Of a stretch of DNA of 64,000 nucleotides, positions 57,891 through 64,000 are shown in pieces (within the stretch, counting starts at the first letter, position 1; each line of letters begins with the position of its first letter). The notes below the pieces were generated by a model. The model did no database searches. It saw only the letters and a program-made list of their open reading frames with translations, and had not been told where the DNA came from. Where the stretch lies: the NCBI GenBank assembly GCA_965219445.1, contig CBDCNQ010000002.1:448001-512000 (forward strand), read 5' to 3'. Source of the DNA: Longimicrobiales bacterium (GTDB taxonomy: Bacteria > Gemmatimonadota > Gemmatimonadetes > Longimicrobiales > Gaopeijiaceae). The position numbers were made by a program, and so were the translations under genes.

Positions 57891-58409
57891 TTAGGCGGGC
57901 TCGTGCTGCCCTGATTGCTCGAAGAACACCCTCTGGTGCCAGCTCGCCCGGGCCGGACCCTCCCACCGCCCCGAGCGCGCATCTTTCAGGCTGGTGACGG
58001 TATTATCGAACACGACGGTGTCCGGACCCACCGCACCCTCCTCCGCCAGTCGGCTGAAGTCCGACCGGGAAATCCGCCTCACCTCGCCGTCCTCCACGAA
58101 CCAAACCGGCGTGTTGTCGAGGACCCGCGTACCCAATCGCCGCTCCTGGTCTTTCAGCACACCGACCATGGCGTCGATGGAGCACCCTGAGGGAGGTAAG
58201 GAAGCATCATCGACGGCAACAAGGAGAAACCGTCCCCATCTCCAATCGCGACCGCACGTCAGTGGAACCCCGTGCGCCGCCCATGTCTCGAGAAAGAGGT
58301 CCACGGCACTCAAGAAGCTCTCCTGCTCGGCGTCCGCGAGGGAGCGCTCGACCCCGAACACCCAAAGGCGTGATTTGTCTGGTAACGTCTCGAATGGAAC
58401 CACTGGCAT
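57891..58409 (-). CDS. Conserved hypothetical protein with SGCSID motif
   Basis: SRLWVF, WAAHG, SGCSID, VFDNT, SWH; compact ORF coupled to the upstream transporter. Confidence 0.75.
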   Translation of the reverse strand: MPVVPFETLPDKSRLWVFGVERSLADAEQESFLSAVDLFLETWAAHGVPLTCGRDWRWGRFLLVAVDDASLPPSGCSIDAMVGVLKDQERRLGTRVLDNTPVWFVEDGEVRRISRSDFSRLAEEGAVGPDTVVFDNTVTSLKDARSGRWEGPARASWHQRVFFEQSGQHEPA

Positions 58410-59608
58410 CAGGCCACCTCCTCTTCGCCCTCGGCGGTGTCAGCACGGTCAGCACGCTCCTCGGTGACTTCAGGGGCGTCCAAGTTGCCGGCGGTCGCGG
58501 CCTCCGAAGGACTCGGAATCGCAAAGCCCGGCGCCATCTGTGGGGGCGCCTTATCCAAGAGAATAGCCACCCACCGCAGATCTTCAGTGTTCTCCAACAT
58601 GATCTTGACAACCATCGTGAGGGGAACCGCGAGCAGGGCTCCCACCGGGCCCCACACCCAAGCCCAGAATAGCAACGACAGGATCACCACCAACGTCGAC
58701 AGCCCAAGCCTCCTGCCCATCAGGTTGGGCTCGACGATATTCCCGAACACCGTGTTGATCGCTCCGTATCCGACGATCACCAGTATGAAATTGCCGAGCG
58801 AGCCGAACTGAACGACGCTGAGAAGCAGGGCCGGAACGGCAGCCAGAATGGACCCTACGGTGGGAATGTAGTTCATGACGAAACCGATGAGCCCGAGTAG
58901 GATTGGAAAGTCCAGGCCCGCGAACCACGCCAGCACGCCGATCAGCAAGCCAGTGGTCAGGCTCGTCAGCGTCTTGATGCCGAGATACTCCTGGACCTCC
59001 CGGACGATCTTGGTCATACGTCTACGGTCGTTCGGCACCATCTTGGTGACCCGCCGCCGCTCGCTCTCCCGACGCCCCACGATCGCACGGAACTTGAAGG
59101 GGAAGACCATCGCCTCACTCAGAACGAAGGCCATGATCAGCAGAACCAGGAACGTGTTGGTCAAGAAGCCCGCCACCCGCGCAGCGGTACTAGCGAAAAA
59201 ATCGACCGCGGCACCCGGATCGATCAATTCGAAGGTCAGATATTGGTCAAGCTGGATCCCGATCTGCGCACTCAATCCGGCCACCCATGATGCGTAAAGC
59301 GCCTCTACGCGTGCTCGATACCCGGGGAGCTGGTCTTGGAAATCGGCAACGGCCTGCGTACCCAGCATGATGAGGGCCCCGAATACGACGCCGATCATGA
59401 GCATCGTGAGTACGATGGCCAGGGGTGCCGGCACACGCCGGAGCTGGAGCCAGAACATGAGCGGCATACTCATCACGGCCAGGAACAGCGCCAAAACGAA
59501 GGGCAGAAGAATGCTCGCACCCTCGCGTAAGCCCGCGACGACAATGACGAAAGACGCCCCCATGAGAAGGAAGCGGGCTCCAGGGGTGTTGGTTGAGATC
59601 GGAATCAT
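58409..59608 (-). CDS. AI-2E family transporter
   Basis: NYIPTVG, VEPNLMG..LGLS, WGPVGALLAVPL. Confidence 0.93.
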   Translation of the reverse strand: MIPISTNTPGARFLLMGASFVIVVAGLREGASILLPFVLALFLAVMSMPLMFWLQLRRVPAPLAIVLTMLMIGVVFGALIMLGTQAVADFQDQLPGYRARVEALYASWVAGLSAQIGIQLDQYLTFELIDPGAAVDFFASTAARVAGFLTNTFLVLLIMAFVLSEAMVFPFKFRAIVGRRESERRRVTKMVPNDRRRMTKIVREVQEYLGIKTLTSLTTGLLIGVLAWFAGLDFPILLGLIGFVMNYIPTVGSILAAVPALLLSVVQFGSLGNFILVIVGYGAINTVFGNIVEPNLMGRRLGLSTLVVILSLLFWAWVWGPVGALLAVPLTMVVKIMLENTEDLRWVAILLDKAPPQMAPGFAIPSPSEAATAGNLDAPEVTEERADRADTAEGEEEVA

Positions 59609-59721
59609 CTAGCGTGTCGAATCTCCCAGGGTCGTGATCGCGATCACGTCCCGGCCGAATCTTGTGGACCGCACTGGCATGGACCTTACACAGCAAGGCT
59701 CGTACCAGCGGTAACTGTCTG

Positions 59722-60096
59722 ATGCCTGAACACCGATCCGATTCCGGGGTTCCGATTCCCCACTCCGACAGGGAACTGCTCGACCAGTGCCGTGTGGACG
59801 TGTTCCGCTCCGGGGGCAAGGGAGGACAACATCAAAATGTCACGGAGAGCGGCGTCCGTCTTACGCATCTTCCCACCGGGACCGTCGTCATCGGTCGCCG
59901 TTTCCGTAGCCAGCAGGCCAACAAGCGGCGGGCTCTGGTCACGCTTAGAGAGAGGCTCACGGCCCTGAACACGCCCGAGAAACGGCGAATCCCCACTCGC
60001 CCCACCCGCAGTGCCCGGGAGCGGCGGTTATCATTGAAACGACGCCGGTCTTACAAGAAGATTTTCCGCCGAAAACCGAGGGTGGACGACGATTAG
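59722..60096 (+). CDS. ArfB/YaeJ-like peptidyl-tRNA hydrolase (RF-1 domain)
   Basis: SGGKGGQHQN, VRLTHLPTG, RSQ..N, basic C-terminal tail. Confidence 0.88.
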   Translation: MPEHRSDSGVPIPHSDRELLDQCRVDVFRSGGKGGQHQNVTESGVRLTHLPTGTVVIGRRFRSQQANKRRALVTLRERLTALNTPEKRRIPTRPTRSARERRLSLKRRRSYKKIFRRKPRVDDD

Positions 60097-60171
60097 GCAC
60101 TCGCCTTATCATTAATGGTTGTTGTTCGTTCCGCCCTAGGTTGGTTTGATCCCCGCTTCGAGAGGCTCTAA

Positions 60172-61305
60172 TTGAAGGAGAAAATCCGCGCGCTGCTGAT
60201 CGATGATGATCAGGGTGATTTTGTCTTCACGAAGGGGCTTCTGAGTCAAATCACGCACCCCATCATCGAATTGGATTGGGTCCCCACCTTCGAGGAAGGG
60301 CACGATGCCATCGCCGAGGGAGGGTACGACGTCTACCTCGTCGATTATTTCCTCGAAGACCGTACCGGCCTCGACCTACTCCGCGAGGCCGCACGATACC
60401 AACTCGAGGCGCCGGTGATCATGCTCACCGGCCGCGGCAGTCGTGACGTGGACCTCGAGGCGATGCAAACGGGTGCCGCCGACTATCTCGTCAAGGGCCA
60501 GATCGAACCCGAGGACCTCGAGCGCTCCATACGATATGCGCTTGATCGAATGGAGGCCCAACGCGCGCTCAGAGTGAGCGAAGAGCGCCACAGAGGGATG
60601 TTCGACCACCTCCCAATGGGTGTTTACCGGTGCTCGCCAGAGGGTGAATTTTTGGATGCGAACCCAGCCCTCGTGAGGATCCTCGGTTACCCCGACCCGG
60701 CCAGCCTCGCGAGCCTATACGCGTCCACACTTTACGTCGGCGCCGAGGACGAAGAGGCCTTCAAGGAACGGCTGCGTGAATTCGGGGTCGTCCGGGGCTT
60801 CGAGACGCAGGTGCGTGGCGTGGATGGCCGGGACATCCGGCTTCGCAATACGGCGCGCATTCATCGGGACGTGGATGGGGAGGTCGGCTACGTCGAGGGC
60901 GTTGTCGAGGATGTCTCGCGTACGTGGCGCTCGCCTGGGATCCACCGGGAGGCCGCACGATATCAGGCATTGTACGAGTGCGGCCACATGGGCATCCTCA
61001 CGGTGGACGACTCGGGAGAGATTCAGGATGGCAACCCCGCCTTCCGTGCGCTCTCGGGTTATGAGGAGGAGGACCTTTCCTCGGTGCCATATGAGGCACT
61101 TTTTGAGGAGGCGGACCGAGCTGAGGCGTTGGAGAAGATACGGCAACTCTTGGCGGGCGGCTCTGCGATTCGGGAAGACCTCCGTAAGCTTCTCATGAAG
61201 GATGGATCGATCCGCACTGTGAGTGCCCTGTCCATCCTGATCGAGAACGGGGAGCGCGAGCCGAACCAAATCCTCGTTGTGCTGGAGGCGACGCCGACGC
61301 CCTGA
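60172..61305 (+). CDS. Response regulator REC-PAS-PAS protein
   Basis: IDDD, LVDY, MLTG, DYLVK receiver; two PAS-like segments (ANPALVRILGY, NPAFRALSGY). Confidence 0.85.
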   Translation: MKEKIRALLIDDDQGDFVFTKGLLSQITHPIIELDWVPTFEEGHDAIAEGGYDVYLVDYFLEDRTGLDLLREAARYQLEAPVIMLTGRGSRDVDLEAMQTGAADYLVKGQIEPEDLERSIRYALDRMEAQRALRVSEERHRGMFDHLPMGVYRCSPEGEFLDANPALVRILGYPDPASLASLYASTLYVGAEDEEAFKERLREFGVVRGFETQVRGVDGRDIRLRNTARIHRDVDGEVGYVEGVVEDVSRTWRSPGIHREAARYQALYECGHMGILTVDDSGEIQDGNPAFRALSGYEEEDLSSVPYEALFEEADRAEALEKIRQLLAGGSAIREDLRKLLMKDGSIRTVSALSILIENGEREPNQILVVLEATPTP

Positions 61306-61332
61306 AGGCTCCGCTGGGATCCGTCTCGAACG

Positions 61333-62139
61333 TTAAGCTGTGTGTCCCTCGGTCTGATCCGGGCCGTTGGCCGTCGAATCCTCCTTGGCCAGTACGTCTT
61401 CCGCCCCTCCCTCCCCCTCGCTGGCATCCTCGCCATTCCCCTTCTTCGCCCCGGGGGTCCCTGAATCCCCTGCTTCCCCAGAGCCAGTCACGCCATCACC
61501 ACCGCCGCTTTCGGGCTCGACGATCTTGCGAACGTTCGATCCCAAAGCGTGACTCAAACAGAGCTCGGTCCAGTCCCCCGGATCACCCTCGTCTTGAGGC
61601 GTGTCGCCCGCCTCGATCCCGACTCTCACCTCAGCCGCAGCGTCCGCAAGGTCGAGCGCGTCCAGCGCATCTGCCGCGGCACCCCGGAACTCCACGTCCG
61701 CAACCGCCCGAGCCATCATCTGGATCTGCTCCCCGGCGATGTCCTCACGTCCAGCCTTTAGTGCACTTGCCACATATTCGTTCAAGTGCACCACAACGGA
61801 GGCCATATGGTGAGAAGCCAGGTCGAGCCACGTCAGAGTGCAAAGTGTTCGCACCGCTTCGGGGTGGATGCGCACGATCTTCGTCGCGAGTCCACGGGCA
61901 GGCTCGGGCTGCCCGTCCTCGAGCATCGCGTCAATGGCGCGGCCGTAATAATGAAGAGCCCGTTGCCGGTTGCCCGCACGATCGCAAAGGTCACCCGCTC
62001 GGTTGAGCGGGACCCATCTGAGCCCCAAATCCGCCGTTTCGGCCTGTGCCTCGAGATCAGCCAGAACCGCCTCGGTAACAGGCGCACGCCGGTCCGAGGC
62101 GGGTTTCTTCGAGCGGAACAAGCCTGAAAGCGATTTCAT
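61333..62139 (-). CDS. Hypothetical helical (TPR-like) protein with acidic tail
   Basis: NRAGDLC..AG...AL..YGRAID helical pattern. Confidence 0.65.
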   Translation of the reverse strand: MKSLSGLFRSKKPASDRRAPVTEAVLADLEAQAETADLGLRWVPLNRAGDLCDRAGNRQRALHYYGRAIDAMLEDGQPEPARGLATKIVRIHPEAVRTLCTLTWLDLASHHMASVVVHLNEYVASALKAGREDIAGEQIQMMARAVADVEFRGAAADALDALDLADAAAEVRVGIEAGDTPQDEGDPGDWTELCLSHALGSNVRKIVEPESGGGDGVTGSGEAGDSGTPGAKKGNGEDASEGEGGAEDVLAKEDSTANGPDQTEGHTA

Positions 62140-62206
62140 TGCGACCGTTGGACGTTTGCTAGAGATCTGGCTGCGTCCCTAAACTGCCCGTCTCGGCGCG
62201 CTGCCG

Positions 62207-64000
62207 TCAAACGGACCCGACACGTACTGGGGTGAACAGTCGCCAGAACCACGGCGCGCGCCGCACAGCGATGTCCAGGAAAAAGCTGATCAACGCCAGA
62301 GCGGATAGCCATGGCCACAGCGGTGTCGGTACCGAGGCTGTCTCTCCCTGGTCGTCGAAAATCTCTCCCACTTCGGGTAAGAACTCCCCTCCGGTTTGGG
62401 CAGCGATCTCACCCAACAATTCGGTGTTAGCGGGATAGAGCCGGTACTCGTCACCGTACCTGTAATAGAGTGCCTGCGAGCGGTCCTCGATGCCATTGCC
62501 CGACAACTCGAACCGATACGGTTCCTCCCCGGGGGCGCCGAGGGCATGACGGGCCTGGAAGGTCCCCGGGCCAACCTGCTGGAAGGACAAGGCAACCCCT
62601 CCCCCCTCGGTTCCTACCAGGCTTAGCCGTGGATCGAGATCGGTACGATAGTCACCCTCCTCGGTAAGCGCACTCACCGTAATGAGGGCTTCATCCCCGA
62701 CCCGTTCTACGACGAAATCCAGCTCGCCGCCACCGTCACGCCTCATCGTTTCTCGGACGAGCTGGGACCAGAACTTTCCGTACCCATCCCATGTCAGCCA
62801 ATCGGCGGCCCAGCGGTTCTTGACGTCCGATGTGAAAGCAGCGGTCCTGCCCAAGCCGTATCGCCAACGGGCCAACAGTGGGTTCTCAGTTTCAGATTGG
62901 ATGAGCACTTCGGCCGTCTCCTTGGGCAGCGTCCTCACGTATCCGCGGAGAGGCGGCGCCGCATCCAGATCGATGTCCGTGAAGGCTTCGATCGATGTGA
63001 TCACCGTCGTCTCGACGGCCTCCTCCACCAGCGTGGACTGCGAAGCGATTTGGGTTTCCTGGATGAAGATTCTCGGGACGCGTTCGGCGTCTTGAATAAA
63101 GTAGCTGCGCCCCCTTCCCCACGTCGCAATATCCCCCAGCAGCTCTCTATCCGCCTCCTGGCCCACCGCCACCGACGAGACGGTTATGTCCGAAGCGGCC
63201 ATCAGTGTAACGAGGTCCTCGTAGTCGTCCGCGTAGGTCTTGCCATCGGACAGCAGGATGACGTGCCTCACCTCGGCCTCGGAGTCCGCAAGAGCCTCGA
63301 ACGCCGTCTCCAACGCCGGATAGATGTTCGTCTGGGACCCGGCAATGATGCGGCTGATGAAGTCGTTCATGCGGGACTTCTCGACGGCGGGCTGAAGAGG
63401 CACGGTCACGTACGGAGTATCGTCGAACGTGACCAATCCGAAGCTGTGGCTCGGCTCGAGTAGATCAAGCGCCGCCTTGGCCGCTTCTTTGGACAACTCG
63501 AGCTTCGGGCCCACCATGCTGTACGACTTATCCATAACGATGACGAGGGCCAGGTCCTTCCGTTCCTCGTTGATCTGGAACCATATGGGAAGCACCTCTT
63601 CGATCTCAGACTCGGCATATCCCTCCTCACCGTAGCTCGACTCGCCAGCGGCGAAGATGAATCCGCCCCCGAAGTCCCGGACGTATTCGAGGATGGCGGT
63701 CACCTGATCGCCGCCCAGCGCGTCCATCGGCACGTCGCTCAATAACACGAGATCGAAATTCTCGAGATCCGCAGCCGTCGCTGGCAGTGATTCAGGGCCC
63801 ACCACGATCACGTCCATGCCTTCCGAGGAGAGCGCGTCTCTTAGGTATTGGGCGCTCGCTGCTCTACCCTCGATATAGAGTATCCGGGGGCGTGCGCCGA
63901 CCGAGATCGCCTGCGTATGAAGATCGTTTTGGCCGAGCGGGTCGTTTTCACTCTCGAGCCGTCCCGAAAGCGTCCCCGCACCTCCCGCCGGAAGCCGTAC
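62207..64000 (-). CDS. VWA-domain membrane protein with GATase-like segments (5' end probably outside the window)
   Basis: MDKSYSM MIDAS, LLSDG, WRYGLGR..AFTSD, C-terminal TM; frame appears to continue toward the window edge. Confidence 0.85.
   Translation of the reverse strand, partial: VRLPAGGAGTLSGRLESENDPLGQNDLHTQAISVGARPRILYIEGRAASAQYLRDALSSEGMDVIVVGPESLPATAADLENFDLVLLSDVPMDALGGDQVTAILEYVRDFGGGFIFAAGESSYGEEGYAESEIEEVLPIWFQINEERKDLALVIVMDKSYSMVGPKLELSKEAAKAALDLLEPSHSFGLVTFDDTPYVTVPLQPAVEKSRMNDFISRIIAGSQTNIYPALETAFEALADSEAEVRHVILLSDGKTYADDYEDLVTLMAASDITVSSVAVGQEADRELLGDIATWGRGRSYFIQDAERVPRIFIQETQIASQSTLVEEAVETTVITSIEAFTDIDLDAAPPLRGYVRTLPKETAEVLIQSETENPLLARWRYGLGRTAAFTSDVKNRWAADWLTWDGYGKFWSQLVRETMRRDGGGELDFVVERVGDEALITVSALTEEGDYRTDLDPRLSLVGTEGGGVALSFQQVGPGTFQARHALGAPGEEPYRFELSGNGIEDRSQALYYRYGDEYRLYPANTELLGEIAAQTGGEFLPEVGEIFDDQGETASVPTPLWPWLSALALISFFLDIAVRRAPWFWRLFTPVRVGSV

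Noticed and set aside
1..64000. CRISPR array or cas genes
   Set aside because: No regularly spaced repeats with unique spacers and no Cas-like ORFs were seen.

Overview
GC-rich bacterial chromosome segment. Gene content and style suggest Gemmatimonadota, but this is inference only. Positions ~20.9-64 kb are mostly housekeeping: nadE, ctpA, xerD, dedA, ispF, the yceD-rpmF-plsX-fabH-fabD-fabG-acpP-fabF cluster, ndk, sucCD, UPF0182, PMM/PGM, a complete nuoA-N operon with a Rex-like operator, dcd, tag, a YheT-like hydrolase, csp, an AI-2E transporter and an ArfB-like factor. Positions ~3.8-20.2 kb are a plastic region containing hipBA, several gene stubs, a GAF-GGDEF gene, a tRNA-Arg(TCT) 3' fragment (att-like), a small GIY-YIG gene, panD-panB-panC and two nested insertion sequences. 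The best finding is an IS110/IS1111-type element (18209-19803) inserted inside the terminal inverted repeat of an IS256 element. Its 3' non-coding region folds, by eye, into a two-loop bridge/seek-type RNA whose guide segments match the IS256 inverted repeat and the element's own circle junction. This points to an RNA-guided recombinase aimed at another transposon's end.
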